DNA from: Minisyncoccia bacterium
GTDB lineage: Bacteria; Patescibacteriota; Minisyncoccia; Phycocordibacterales; CAIZLB01
Assembly (NCBI GenBank): GCA_041752275.1
Contig: JBGSHK010000009.1
Location: 19,156 to 83,155, forward strand
Reading direction: 5' to 3'
DNA: 64,000 nt
In this document: piece after piece, positions 1-10,495 of the stretch
How the letters are laid out: each line of letters opens with the position of its first letter
Numbering within the stretch: position 1 is the stretch's first letter
Notes under the pieces: model-generated
Told to the model about the DNA's origin: nothing
Database searches by the model: none
What the model saw: the letters and a program-made list of their open reading frames with translations, nothing else
Position numbers and translations under genes: made by a program

Positions 1-149
1 CATGATCAAGCAAGCCCAAGTCCTCGATAAATGAGAACCTTCTTACGAAGTAAGTATCATCCCTTATGGCTACACGCTGGTCAGACAAACAATGATTCTT
101 TGCTTCAACTTATTGGGAATCAATATTGTCACTGCTGACTATCTGCTTG

Positions 150-188
150 AAAATCCACCAACTGAGAGGTTTGTGGATTTTTCTTTTG
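150..188. terminator. Probable bidirectional intrinsic terminator downstream of ychF
   Basis: AAATCCAC...GTGGATTT inverted repeat flanked by A and T runs. Confidence 0.55.
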
Positions 189-189
189 T

Positions 190-1296
190 TTATACCCTAA
201 ACTCTATAACATCTCCATCCTTAACCACATACTCTTTCCCTTCAGTTTTTACCAAACCTTTCTCTCTGGCCACACTATAGGACCCGCTATCTATAAGGTC
301 AGACCAGAATACTATTTCAGCCCTTATAAACTTATCTTTAAAGTCAGTGTGTATAGCCGTTCCAGCCAAGGGAGCTGTCCATCCTTTTTCTATAGTCCAA
401 GCTCTTGTTTCCTCAACTCCTGTTGTAAAATAACTCATCACGTTCAACAGCTTGTACCCTGCTTTTATAAGATCATTTATACCATCATCATGAGTTCCAC
501 CTAACTCTTGTCTGAACATCTCTTTCTCTTCACCTTCAAAATCCTTCAAATCATTTTCAATCCTTGCATCAACTATAGTATAGATTGCATTTTCATTTTT
601 AAAATATTCCATCAAAGAAATATATCGAGGATCAGTTGTGTCGTCGATAATATTTTTACTTCCAGATTTTTTATTTAACACAAACATCACAGGCTTCATT
701 GTTATAAGCTGAACATTTTTATTTAACAAAACTTTTTGATCTGATGACAAGTCTGTTTTTGATGCGAATATATCTTTCTTCAAATTGTCCAAAACTTTAT
801 CAAGAATATCTTTCAAGATTAAAGCATCTTTATCATTTCTTTTTATATCTCGGTCCAGTGATGACAATCTTTTCTCAACAACTTGTTTATCAGCAATGAT
901 GAGCTCAAAGTTTATAATAGCTATATCATCAACAGGATCAACTTTTCCATGAACATGTATAAGATTGTTGTCCTCATAGACTCGAACCACATGAGCTATA
1001 GCATTCACCTCACGTATATGTTGTAGGAACTGATTTCCAAGACCCTCTCCCTCTGATGCACCTTTTACAAGCCCAGCGATGTCTACAAACTCGACGACTG
1101 CAGGGGCCGTTTTTTTAGTTTTAGAGAATGCCGCAAGTTTATACAGTCTTTCATCAGGCACAGCAACAACTCCCACAGATGGGTCTATAGTACAAAAAGG
1201 ATAGTTTTCAGCTGGAACTGATTTCTTTGTTATTGCATTAAATAATGTTGATTTGCCTACGTTAGGAAGGCCTACAATGCCACAGCTAAGATTCAT
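190..1296 (-). CDS. ychF: Redox-regulated Obg-family ATPase YchF
   Basis: GIVGLPNVGKST, NYPFCTIDP, DIAGLVKGASEGEGLGNQFL, C-terminal EGKEYVVKDGDVIEF. Confidence 0.97.
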   Translation of the reverse strand: MNLSCGIVGLPNVGKSTLFNAITKKSVPAENYPFCTIDPSVGVVAVPDERLYKLAAFSKTKKTAPAVVEFVDIAGLVKGASEGEGLGNQFLQHIREVNAIAHVVRVYEDNNLIHVHGKVDPVDDIAIINFELIIADKQVVEKRLSSLDRDIKRNDKDALILKDILDKVLDNLKKDIFASKTDLSSDQKVLLNKNVQLITMKPVMFVLNKKSGSKNIIDDTTDPRYISLMEYFKNENAIYTIVDARIENDLKDFEGEEKEMFRQELGGTHDDGINDLIKAGYKLLNVMSYFTTGVEETRAWTIEKGWTAPLAGTAIHTDFKDKFIRAEIVFWSDLIDSGSYSVAREKGLVKTEGKEYVVKDGDVIEFRV

Positions 1297-1355
1297 GGTG
1301 GTAGTTTAGCATGTAGTGGGGTTTTTGGGAATGGAAAAACTTAAACAACAACCTC

Positions 1356-2213
1356 TTATTTAGAATCTTCTTCTATAGGTAATGGAACGTCCATACCTCT
1401 AACTTTTACATAACCTTTAGATAAAACTATGAGTACATAAGGCAAAGAAAATAGTGTTGTTATTAAAGATATAAAAATAATTTCAATTAAATATATGTCA
1501 GTTAACATATTTATCAAATATTTGTTTATAGACATTATTAAAATCTCAACAGGTATAGAAACAATAATCATAGCTATAATAATTTTCCATATATCATTCA
1601 TTTTAGTTACACCTAAAACTATAGATTCTTTAACTGCATCTCTTGCAGATATATCATCTTTAGAAAAGAAAATATTTTTATATAAAACAAATCGAGTCAT
1701 GTTTAAAATAATACCTACAAAAATAGTTATTCCCGCCAAATAAACAAGTGTAAGCGAGATAATATAATTTTGAGTTAATGTATAAAATTCATTTAATACA
1801 TAAACAGCACCCAACAAAAGAACGGCAACAATAATATATAGCGCCAATCTCTTCACTATATACAATAGGCCCCAAATATTAACCATTACAAATTTCCAAA
1901 TATTTTTCTTTTGAAAATTATAACCCTCTTTAACACTAAAAACTCCATTGTCCTCGTTTTTTTGTATAGAACGATTAAAAGCAGGAATAAAAAATAAACT
2001 AACGGAAATAATGGAAACAAAATATATTAAAAAGGCAATAAAAAAGTGTGTACCCTCAAATTGACCATTCTCCATATTTTCTTGTATACCGAAAGCATAA
2101 TATTGTGCAACTATAGTCAACAAAACTATAGGCCAAGCCATGGTAAATATTTTTTTAAAGTTTATCTTATAAGTCACAAAAGACTCTTTTAGAAGTTGTA
2201 TTGTTTTTATCAT
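1356..2213 (-). CDS. Hypothetical multi-pass membrane protein
   Basis: 285-aa ORF with about 6 hydrophobic segments; TATAAT 6 nt before ATG. Confidence 0.75.
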   Translation of the reverse strand: MIKTIQLLKESFVTYKINFKKIFTMAWPIVLLTIVAQYYAFGIQENMENGQFEGTHFFIAFLIYFVSIISVSLFFIPAFNRSIQKNEDNGVFSVKEGYNFQKKNIWKFVMVNIWGLLYIVKRLALYIIVAVLLLGAVYVLNEFYTLTQNYIISLTLVYLAGITIFVGIILNMTRFVLYKNIFFSKDDISARDAVKESIVLGVTKMNDIWKIIIAMIIVSIPVEILIMSINKYLINMLTDIYLIEIIFISLITTLFSLPYVLIVLSKGYVKVRGMDVPLPIEEDSK

Positions 2214-2266
2214 ATACTAATTATACCCATATTACATAAAAATAGTAAATACGTTATAATCCACTC

Positions 2267-3637
2267 ATGCCCATAAAACTCTATAACACCCTTTCAAAAG
2301 AAACCGAAGAAGTAAAACCTATAAAAGAAAACGAGATTTCAATGTATCATTGTGGTCCTACTGTTTATGATTATTTACATATTGGAAATATGAAAATGTA
2401 TGTGTTCGCGGACATACTTAGACGCACTTTTGAATATTCAGGATATAAAGTTAATCAGGTTATAAACATAACTGATGTCGGTCACCTTGTATCAGACGCT
2501 GACGAAGGTGAAGATAAGATGGAAAAAGCTGCAATAAAAAACAATAAAACCGCCAAAGAGATTGCAGAATTTTTTACAAATATTTTCTTTGAAAATTTAG
2601 AAAAAATGAATATAAAATCCGAAGGAACTATTTTTCCAAAAGCAACTGACAATATCCCTGAGCAGATTGCACTTATACAAAAACTAGAAGCGGAAAATCA
2701 TACATATAAAACAGAAGATGGTATTTATTTTGATGTATCAACTTTTCCTGATTATGGCAAGCTTGGAAATATTGACCTTAAAGGACTGCAGGCTGGTCAC
2801 AGAGTTGAATTTAATGAAGAAAAACATACACCATTTGACTTTGCTTTATGGAAATTTTCACCTGTAGAGGAGAAACGTCAACAAGAATGGGACTCTCCTT
2901 GGGGTGTGGGTTTTCCTGGTTGGCATATAGAATGTTCTGCTATGGCCCAAAAATACCTAGGAAACACTTTTGATATACATACTGGCGGTATAGATCATAT
3001 ACCAGGACATCACAATAATGAAATAGCACAGAGTGAATGCGCTAATCATGCTCCCCTTGCAAATATTTGGATGCATGGAGCCTTTATGAATTGGAAAGAT
3101 AAAAAAATGAGTAAATCAGATGGATCTTTTATAACATTGGCTGATTTACAAAAACAAAACATTTTCCCACTGTCATACAGATATTTTTTATTGCAAGCGA
3201 GATATAGTCAACCACTTTTCTTTGAATTAACAGATATTCAAGCATCACAAACAGCTTATCATCGTCTTAAAAATCGTATACAAGATATTTTAAAAAATGA
3301 GACAGAAAACCTAGAGGAAAAAAGTATAGAAAATAAAATCACTGAAATCATAGAAAATGATTTAGACACACCAAACCTTCTGGCATATCTTTGGGAGCTT
3401 ATTAATGCTCAAAAAATTAATAAGAGTATTATAGAAAAATTTGACTCCATACTTGGTCTTAAACTTTTAGAGCGAGATATTATTCCAGATGAAGTTCTGA
3501 CCCTTCAAAAAGAAAGAGATATAGCTCGGACAAATAAAGACTTTGCAAAGTCCGATGAACTTCGTGACAAAATAAAAAACCTCGGATATCAAGTGCTAGA
3601 CAGCAATGACGAATCCGAGATAGTTAAAAGTTGGTAA
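2267..3637 (+). CDS. cysS: Cysteine--tRNA ligase
   Basis: CGPTVYD, HIGN (HIGH), [17 protein letters not shown]. Confidence 0.97.
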   Translation: MPIKLYNTLSKETEEVKPIKENEISMYHCGPTVYDYLHIGNMKMYVFADILRRTFEYSGYKVNQVINITDVGHLVSDADEGEDKMEKAAIKNNKTAKEIAEFFTNIFFENLEKMNIKSEGTIFPKATDNIPEQIALIQKLEAENHTYKTEDGIYFDVSTFPDYGKLGNIDLKGLQAGHRVEFNEEKHTPFDFALWKFSPVEEKRQQEWDSPWGVGFPGWHIECSAMAQKYLGNTFDIHTGGIDHIPGHHNNEIAQSECANHAPLANIWMHGAFMNWKDKKMSKSDGSFITLADLQKQNIFPLSYRYFLLQARYSQPLFFELTDIQASQTAYHRLKNRIQDILKNETENLEEKSIENKITEIIENDLDTPNLLAYLWELINAQKINKSIIEKFDSILGLKLLERDIIPDEVLTLQKERDIARTNKDFAKSDELRDKIKNLGYQVLDSNDESEIVKSW

Positions 3638-3641
3638 CATA

Positions 3642-3752
3642 TCCAAGTGTGGACGACATATAGTAAGAAAAAAAGGTAAAAACTTACTTACATCATCCAC
3701 ACTTGGAACCATGTTCCACGAGCGCAACTAGTCCAACCAAAAAAGCTATACT
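3642..3752 (-). ncRNA. Candidate small RNA convergent on the cysS 3' end
   Basis: Minus-strand TTGACA-16-TAACAT promoter (3786..3759); 12-bp perfect stem TCCAAGTGTGGA/TCCACACTTGGA, extended by G-U pairs only on the minus strand. Confidence 0.4.
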
Positions 3753-3822
3753 CTTAATATGTTATCACACGGCTTATTTTTGTCAACAGCAATATGACTC
3801 ATGTATTTGATATACTTTATAT

Positions 3823-4281
3823 ATGTCAATAATACTTTTGTATATATTTCATCATATTATATTATCTTTAGGTCTGGCATCATCCATAGTTATAGATATC
3901 TTTATAATAATAGTTGAAAAAACTAAGAAAATAAGAGGTATTGAGAAAAGTATTATGAATAGAGTTATGTCCTACTCTTTTATTTCCTCTATGTTTATTT
4001 TTGTTATACAACTTATGTATTTTGCTTATATATATCTTAGTATAAACTCATTTAGTCCAAAGGTTTATGTTTTTAGTCTTATAACTTTTATACTCTCTGG
4101 GGTTCTTGTTTTTTGCACAGCAACACAAAAATATTATCAGTTTAAAATATTAAACAGATATCAAGAACAACATCATCACCTGTCGGATAGCTTTATAAAT
4201 CACCATAAAGAGTTTAAACAAACTTCTGTAATCATTTTTGTTCTTTGGCTAGCTTTATACATCTCTTATATTTTGATATAG
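3823..4281 (+). CDS. Hypothetical membrane protein (about 4 TM)
   Basis: 152-aa hydrophobic ORF directly upstream of dnaB. Confidence 0.75.
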   Translation: MSIILLYIFHHIILSLGLASSIVIDIFIIIVEKTKKIRGIEKSIMNRVMSYSFISSMFIFVIQLMYFAYIYLSINSFSPKVYVFSLITFILSGVLVFCTATQKYYQFKILNRYQEQHHHLSDSFINHHKEFKQTSVIIFVLWLALYISYILI

Positions 4282-4288
4282 ATAACAT

Positions 4289-5695
4289 ATGCAAACCTCA
4301 ACCAAGTTCACAAAACAAAACGCGCAGGCTACAGCCATACATAACCTTAAACTACCACCCTACAGTTTAGAGGCTGAGCAGGCTGTGCTTGGATCTATCA
4401 TGATACGACCGGACGCATATGCTGAGATAGCTGACATTATCAGTGAGGAAAACTTTTATAGTGAAAAACATAAAAAGATTTTTAAAGGCACACTTGAGCT
4501 TTTAGAAAAAGGAAATCCTGTGGACTATCTTTCTTTAAAAAACACACTTGATAACATGGGCTATCTGGATCAGATCGGCGGTGCATCTTATCTTGCTGAA
4601 CTTGTACAGATGGTTCCATCTTCTTCAAACATAGAGTATTACGCTCGTATACTTGAAAAAAAGTTTATGATGAGGCATCTTATAAATGCAGCTGAGCGTA
4701 TAGGTAGTCTCGGTTATGCTGAGCAAGGTGATCTTGAAGAAATAATGGATACAGCCGAGAAAGAAATATTTTCTATAACAAATAAAAAAAGTAAAACTAC
4801 TGTCACTTCGATGCGTGAAGGTTTGATAGAGGCTTGGGATAGTATAGACAGAATACATAACTCAGGGGACGAACTTCGTGGTGTACCTACCGGTTTTCCT
4901 GACTTGGACAACAAGTTATCAGGTCTTCAAAAATCAGATCTAATCATCCTTGCGGCTCGTCCATCTTGCGGTAAGACATCTCTTGCACTTGATATAGCAA
5001 AAAACGCTGCAGTACATCATGGTGTACCGGTACTCATATTTTCTCTAGAGATGAGTAGTCAACAGCTTTTATATCGTATGATATCATCTCACTCTCGTGT
5101 AGACTCATGGAAACTACGAACTGGAAAACTTAACCTTAACAACTCTGAAGAATATGAAAGACTGCAGAACGGTATATCAGAACTTTCTAATGCGCCGATC
5201 TATATCGACGATCAAGCTGGAACAAACATAGTGAAGATGCGTAGTACTGCAAGAAAGATCAAGTCTGAAAGAAAACTGGGTCTTATAGTGGTCGATTATT
5301 TGCAGCTTATGTCCGCAACACAAAGTCGTAACTCAGATAACGTTGTGCAGCAGATATCAGAGATATCAAAATCTTTGAAACATCTAGCACGTGAACTTGA
5401 TGTACCAGTACTTGCCTTGTCACAGTTGTCTCGTGCTGTTGAGCAAAGACAAGGAAAGCCTAGACTATCCGACCTTCGTGACTCAGGTTCGATCGAGCAA
5501 GATGCCGACATTGTTATGTTCATACATAGAGAAGATAAGTATAAAGATCATTCAGAGCGCGACAACATCGCCGAGATACTCATAGAGAAGCATAGAAACG
5601 GTCCTACAGGTGCTATAAAGCTCAAGTTTGATGATAAACATTCATCTTTTGTATCTCTTGAAAAGGGTGATTATAGTGACTTTGACCATGAGTAA
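4289..5695 (+). CDS. dnaB: Replicative DNA helicase
   Basis: PPYSLEAEQAVLG, AARPSCGKT, FSLEMS, VDYLQL, LSDLRDSGSIEQDAD. Confidence 0.97.
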   Translation: MQTSTKFTKQNAQATAIHNLKLPPYSLEAEQAVLGSIMIRPDAYAEIADIISEENFYSEKHKKIFKGTLELLEKGNPVDYLSLKNTLDNMGYLDQIGGASYLAELVQMVPSSSNIEYYARILEKKFMMRHLINAAERIGSLGYAEQGDLEEIMDTAEKEIFSITNKKSKTTVTSMREGLIEAWDSIDRIHNSGDELRGVPTGFPDLDNKLSGLQKSDLIILAARPSCGKTSLALDIAKNAAVHHGVPVLIFSLEMSSQQLLYRMISSHSRVDSWKLRTGKLNLNNSEEYERLQNGISELSNAPIYIDDQAGTNIVKMRSTARKIKSERKLGLIVVDYLQLMSATQSRNSDNVVQQISEISKSLKHLARELDVPVLALSQLSRAVEQRQGKPRLSDLRDSGSIEQDADIVMFIHREDKYKDHSERDNIAEILIEKHRNGPTGAIKLKFDDKHSSFVSLEKGDYSDFDHE

Positions 5696-5710
5696 AACTA
5701 AACATTTATT

Positions 5711-6307
5711 ATGGAAGAACTTATAGAATTATTTAAAAAATTCCCTGGCATAGGCCCAAGACAAGCTAAACGGTTTGTGTCTTTTTTGATGCATACCAAC
5801 AACAGTTATAGACAAGAACTCATCACTGGTATAAGTCATGTAAATGATAAAGTTATAACTTGTGTTGAATGTAATCGTAAATTTATTAATTATAAAAATA
5901 CAGATAAGTGTCCGGTATGTGCAAAAAAAAGAGATGATAAAAATCTGCTTATACTCGCCTATGACAATGATATAGAAATATTTGAGAGAACTATGGCCTA
6001 TAGTGGTCAGTATTTTATTCTTGGAAAATATATACCACTGTTCTCTGAGAAGGCTCACGAGTATATAGACTTTGATAAGTTATACAAAAGAATAGAAAAT
6101 TTACAAACGAAAGGATTGGAGGAAATAATCTTGGCGTTGAATGCAACTAGTGATGGAGATTATACGATTAAGATATTGAAGGAAAATTTGGGGCGAAAAT
6201 TCCCATCTGCGAAAATCTCACTCCTTGGTCGTGGAATATCAACCGGGTCCGAGATAGAATATGCTGATCAGGAGACATTGCGTGAGGCGCTCCGGTTTAG
6301 GCGGTAA
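5711..6307 (+). CDS. recR: Recombination mediator RecR
   Basis: PGIGPRQAKR HhH, C4 zinc finger (CVEC...CPVC), Toprim EIILALNAT..GD. Confidence 0.9.
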   Translation: MEELIELFKKFPGIGPRQAKRFVSFLMHTNNSYRQELITGISHVNDKVITCVECNRKFINYKNTDKCPVCAKKRDDKNLLILAYDNDIEIFERTMAYSGQYFILGKYIPLFSEKAHEYIDFDKLYKRIENLQTKGLEEIILALNATSDGDYTIKILKENLGRKFPSAKISLLGRGISTGSEIEYADQETLREALRFRR

Positions 6308-6354
6308 GAAAAAGCCCCACCCCGGTGTGAACCAGGGAGGGTCTTGAATGAATT

Positions 6355-6906
6355 CTAACTAAGAGGATCCAGTGTAGGTACAGTTTTGTATAATAAGCCA
6401 GGTGCTTGTGTAAGATCAATGAAACCTCGCTTGATTTTAAAAAATTGATCATACGAAATGTAACCAGAACCAGCAAGATGTTCATGATAATAATACGTCT
6501 CAGTCCCTAGTGAAAAATCCTTGAGCCAATATAGGTCAATACCCAGTACCTTCATTAACTCGGTCACAAAATCTACAACCGCATCACAAAATGATCCATT
6601 GGGACGAAATGAGATTTTAAAGCTGCGATTACAGTCTGTTGAAACTTTAAAAAACAATCTTCTTACTGAAATAGATTCAATTCTTTTTATGATCTCATTC
6701 CGACACCTAGAATCTGGAGTCCCTGTGATTTCAAAACCAATAAGTGCATATCCATCAAGAACTTGAATAGCATGTGTTTTTTTCATCCAATATACCTCGT
6801 CTTTGTATGAGGGTTTAACTGGTTTTAGGTTGGTTTTCCAATCTGGTTCTTGCTGTCCAGTATTTCTCCAAATTAACCATGTTCTCTGCCATTTTTTATT
6901 TTTCAT
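6355..6906 (-). CDS. Hypothetical protein (probable start MKNKKW at 6906)
   Basis: Open frame with its own upstream TTGACA and a downstream hairpin; no family recognised. Confidence 0.6.
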   Translation of the reverse strand: MKNKKWQRTWLIWRNTGQQEPDWKTNLKPVKPSYKDEVYWMKKTHAIQVLDGYALIGFEITGTPDSRCRNEIIKRIESISVRRLFFKVSTDCNRSFKISFRPNGSFCDAVVDFVTELMKVLGIDLYWLKDFSLGTETYYYHEHLAGSGYISYDQFFKIKRGFIDLTQAPGLLYKTVPTLDPLS

Positions 6907-7049
6907 AATGTACTCACCACCCATAGACTTAAACACCATGTTTAAGTGGTTGCCATCAATAACAACTCTTTGAGGTAGCAGGTTTACAATATAATAAATA
7001 AAAAAATCTGTCAACAAAAAAACACCCTCCCGGGCGTCTTCATCTTTCT

Positions 7050-7415
7050 TTACTTTATCTCCTCGATCTTCACTGCAAAGTAAGGTTGTCTGTGGCCATT
7101 CTTCACAAAGTATTTAGACTTTTGTTTGAACTTTCCTACAACGATCTTAGCTGCTCTATCGATCTCTGTAATAGTTGCCTTAACTGTAGACCCTACAATA
7201 GTTGGAGCTCCTAGTGTCAAAGTTGTTCCATCATCTTTCAAAAGGACCATATCAAATGACACTGAGTCACCTACTTTATACTCTTCTCTTGATTCTTGTA
7301 GAAGTTTTTCTATCTTTACAGTATCTCCTACTTGTACACGGTATTGCTTACCACCTGTTTTAATAACAGCTTGTGGTCCTGTGTTTTTCTCTTTTATTTC
7401 TTTAATTGTTGGCAT
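7050..7415 (-). CDS. rplU: 50S ribosomal protein L21
   Basis: AVIKTGGKQYRV, GHRQPY. Confidence 0.96.
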   Translation of the reverse strand: MPTIKEIKEKNTGPQAVIKTGGKQYRVQVGDTVKIEKLLQESREEYKVGDSVSFDMVLLKDDGTTLTLGAPTIVGSTVKATITEIDRAAKIVVGKFKQKSKYFVKNGHRQPYFAVKIEEIK

Positions 7416-7514
7416 AGTTCCTAAATATTAACCTATTCTTGAGTAAAAAGCAAGATAAAAACCCGGGGTCCGATTAAGGACCCACAGGTTATGGAAATAA
7501 TAGGTTATTGACCT

Positions 7515-8222
7515 CTATTTATAACGAAGTGGCGGCTGAGGAGCAGTTACCAAGTCATAAAATTCATTATATGTAAGACTGTATGGAAATTTATCCTCCC
7601 TCCATGACAGAAGTACAACTAGCATATAAAAATGACGAATATGCCCCGGTAAAACCGACTTGTCTACATTCATACCTTTTATACCAAAGACTTTAAAGAA
7701 TTCAGTATTGGGCAAAGGTTTAAGAATCTCTTCTTTCCAAGCTTGAAGTGAGCCAATAAACTGATCAACTTTCCTAGAAATATCACCAGAAAGTTGTATC
7801 AACACAGACTCACATGAATGTAGTGACTCTGTAATATCCGGACAATAGTTTTTGGTCAACCTTCTTGCCCTAAACATCTCTTCATCAAAAATGAAGTGGT
7901 GTGAGAAGGCGGTTTGTTGAATATTCACTCCATCATTGTCACAATCCCCCTCTACTGTTACTTCATAGCCTATATAAAACAAGCTGGATCGAAATACTCC
8001 ATCCTGAGAAAGATTGATGGATTTATACCATGTCTCATCAGAATCTTTTTCAAGAACAAAAATGAAATCACGACCAGCGATAAATTTTTTTTCCGGATAA
8101 TCACTAGGTTTAGGAATTAAAAAACTAAGATTTCGATCGCTGTGAGCATAAGCCAATAATCCATCAACACGGACAAAACCAGCTTGCTCAAGTTCTTTTT
8201 GATATTGATTCAATTCTTTCAT
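7515..8222 (-). CDS. Hypothetical protein
   Basis: 235-aa ORF with own promoter-like and terminator-like flanks; no family recognised. Confidence 0.65.
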   Translation of the reverse strand: MKELNQYQKELEQAGFVRVDGLLAYAHSDRNLSFLIPKPSDYPEKKFIAGRDFIFVLEKDSDETWYKSINLSQDGVFRSSLFYIGYEVTVEGDCDNDGVNIQQTAFSHHFIFDEEMFRARRLTKNYCPDITESLHSCESVLIQLSGDISRKVDQFIGSLQAWKEEILKPLPNTEFFKVFGIKGMNVDKSVLPGHIRHFYMLVVLLSWREDKFPYSLTYNEFYDLVTAPQPPLRYK

Positions 8223-8284
8223 AATGTTCTGTTGTTAGACAACCTGAACTATATCACCCTCACCTCAAAAATCAACAGTATTTT

Positions 8285-8764
8285 TTAAACCAGCGGATTT
8301 TTCTTACTCATCAAGAACACCGATAACATAGGAACTATCATACAGGTCAAATAGCCTAAATTTCCTTGAAAAAAGACCTCGAAAGGCTTATCTAGGTTAA
8401 ACACATCTTTATCAGGTAAAACATGAAAACAAATCCCTATAGTAAGAATAACTATACCTGTAGCAAGTAAAACAGACTCTCCTATACCTTTTATATTTTG
8501 ATGTGACTTGTAGTTATCAACAATACGCATCAAAGCGATATATACCGGAATTAAAACTAAGAGAAATATTATAAGATTATTTATGAAAATATTTTGACCA
8601 AAAAGTGTATTTATTTTTTCTGCTCCAAAATACTCGACTATAGCTTTATAAATAATTATAGTTGGATATGCCATGACAATAATTTTAAATAAATGACCTT
8701 TACCTTTGAGAAATGAAAGAAGAATTAATACTAAAAGTACTATGTAGAGTGTTAAATATTGCAT
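8285..8764 (-). CDS. Hypothetical membrane protein
   Basis: 159 aa, about 5 TM; TACAAT 6 nt before ATG. Confidence 0.75.
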   Translation of the reverse strand: MQYLTLYIVLLVLILLSFLKGKGHLFKIIVMAYPTIIIYKAIVEYFGAEKINTLFGQNIFINNLIIFLLVLIPVYIALMRIVDNYKSHQNIKGIGESVLLATGIVILTIGICFHVLPDKDVFNLDKPFEVFFQGNLGYLTCMIVPMLSVFLMSKKNPLV

Positions 8765-8889
8765 GTGTATATTGTAGCAAATTTTTTGATCTAATAAAAT
8801 TATTTATGTAGCAAAATCATCCACAGATTTAATTTCTCCTAGAGAAATAAAATCGAGGACCTCTGATTGAGTGGAGTAAATAATTTTTT

Positions 8890-9978
8890 TTAATATCCGA
8901 GATTTTGCAAATCTTTGACAATCTTTTTCACCTCACCTCCAACCTTCTTCGGCATATCAACCTTCAAGGTTATATGCATATCATCTCTCCTAGAAGTATC
9001 AACAAAGCCTCCTTTCTCCTTCGCTCGAAGTATATCTCCAGTATTTGATCCATGTGGCACAGTCAAAGTAAAATCACCGTCATAAGAGTTTACTTTTACG
9101 TCTCCACCACCGATCGCAACAGACAGTGGTATATGTAAACTCATATAAACTTTAGTTCTGTCTTTTCTAAAAACTGCATCTGGTTTTATAGTTACTTTAA
9201 TATAAAGATTTCCATCCACACCTCCTGCAATAGATTCACCTCGTCCCATAACTCTTAACTGCTCACCATTTTCTATACCTGATGGTATATGTATTGTTAT
9301 ATTTTCTTTTTCTTTTATAACACCCGCTCCGTGACATGTTTTACATTTGTTTGTTGGAATCTTACCTGTACCTTCACAATAATCACAAATATATTGCTGT
9401 TGTATATTTCCTAAAATAGTTCTCTGAACTTTTGTGGTAAAACCTTGTCCTTCACAATGTGAACATTTTTTAAGATCTGTTCCTTTCGACCCTTTACAGG
9501 TATCACATGTTTTATGTCTGTTATATTCTATAGTTTTGTCTATTCCTAAAACTGATTCTTTAAAAGATAACTGAACACTTATAACTATATCCTCACCTTT
9601 TTTTTGCTGTGATTGTCCGCGACCTCTACCTCGTCCTGCTCCACCAAAAAAAGATCCGAAAACATCCCCCATATCAAACTCATAGCCTTGTCCGCCCTGA
9701 CCACCAAAACCTGAGAAATCAAAGCCATCAAAACCTTGACCATATCCCCCTTGCCCACCCCCCATCCCTGGTCCAGCCGAACCAAAAGTGTCATATTGTT
9801 GTCTTTTTTTACTATCAGATAAAGTAGAATAAGCCTCGTTTACTTCTTTAAACTTTTCATCTTGACCACCTGTTTTATCTGGATGATGTTCAAGTGCAAG
9901 GCGCCGAAAGGCTTTTTTTATCTCATCTGGTGTAGCGTTTTTATCTACTCCTAGTGTTTTATAATAATCTTTACTCAT
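8890..9978 (-). CDS. dnaJ: Chaperone DnaJ
   Basis: J domain with HPD, G/F-rich region, four CxxCxGxG-type repeats. Confidence 0.97.
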   Translation of the reverse strand: MSKDYYKTLGVDKNATPDEIKKAFRRLALEHHPDKTGGQDEKFKEVNEAYSTLSDSKKRQQYDTFGSAGPGMGGGQGGYGQGFDGFDFSGFGGQGGQGYEFDMGDVFGSFFGGAGRGRGRGQSQQKKGEDIVISVQLSFKESVLGIDKTIEYNRHKTCDTCKGSKGTDLKKCSHCEGQGFTTKVQRTILGNIQQQYICDYCEGTGKIPTNKCKTCHGAGVIKEKENITIHIPSGIENGEQLRVMGRGESIAGGVDGNLYIKVTIKPDAVFRKDRTKVYMSLHIPLSVAIGGGDVKVNSYDGDFTLTVPHGSNTGDILRAKEKGGFVDTSRRDDMHITLKVDMPKKVGGEVKKIVKDLQNLGY

Positions 9979-10107
9979 AGTTTTTATATAATATCATATC
10001 TGTCAATGTTTTTGGAGTTTTTTGTAACTTTTGGATAAATAACAATGAGACTTTACTTTATAGATATATTGTTGTATATTTTCATTTGTCAGAACAACTC
10101 AAAAATT

Positions 10108-10434
10108 ATGGAAAAACAATTTGCAAAGATATTTCCAATAAAAGTTATTTTTTATTCCAAAAAAGGTCTAACCGCATCAAAAGATACTTATCAAATGTGG
10201 ACACCTGGTTTAAACGAGCATTTATTACAAATAGATAATAGGGGTGAATTTTATTTAGATGATGTTCATTATGTAAATTTACAAGGCATTAATTATCCCG
10301 TTATTCAATCAGTAAAGGAGCAAGGTCTTGTTTTTGTAACCTTAACCCAAAACAAAAATAATGGTGTGTTAGAAGTGGGTGTAAACTCAACCTTGGATGA
10401 AATTCTAAGACTAAGAGTCTCTTTAAGAAAATAG
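10108..10434 (+). CDS. Hypothetical protein (probable start MEKQF)
   Basis: 108-aa ORF with A/C-rich leader and downstream hairpin. Confidence 0.55.
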   Translation: MEKQFAKIFPIKVIFYSKKGLTASKDTYQMWTPGLNEHLLQIDNRGEFYLDDVHYVNLQGINYPVIQSVKEQGLVFVTLTQNKNNGVLEVGVNSTLDEILRLRVSLRK

Positions 10435-10495
10435 GCAGAAAATACTACACAAAAAAATCCAACTCTCAGTATATATTGAGAGTTGGCATTTTATT

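Noticed and set aside
1-280. Short ORFs at the window start (31..138 and 92..280)
   Set aside because: No recognisable homology; the second crosses a terminator and overlaps ychF antisense
3640-3800. oriC near dnaB
   Set aside because: Only an isolated imperfect DnaA-box-like 9-mer within a hairpin; no box cluster and no dnaA
4289-5695. Intein in DnaB
   Set aside because: Normal length and contiguous motifs
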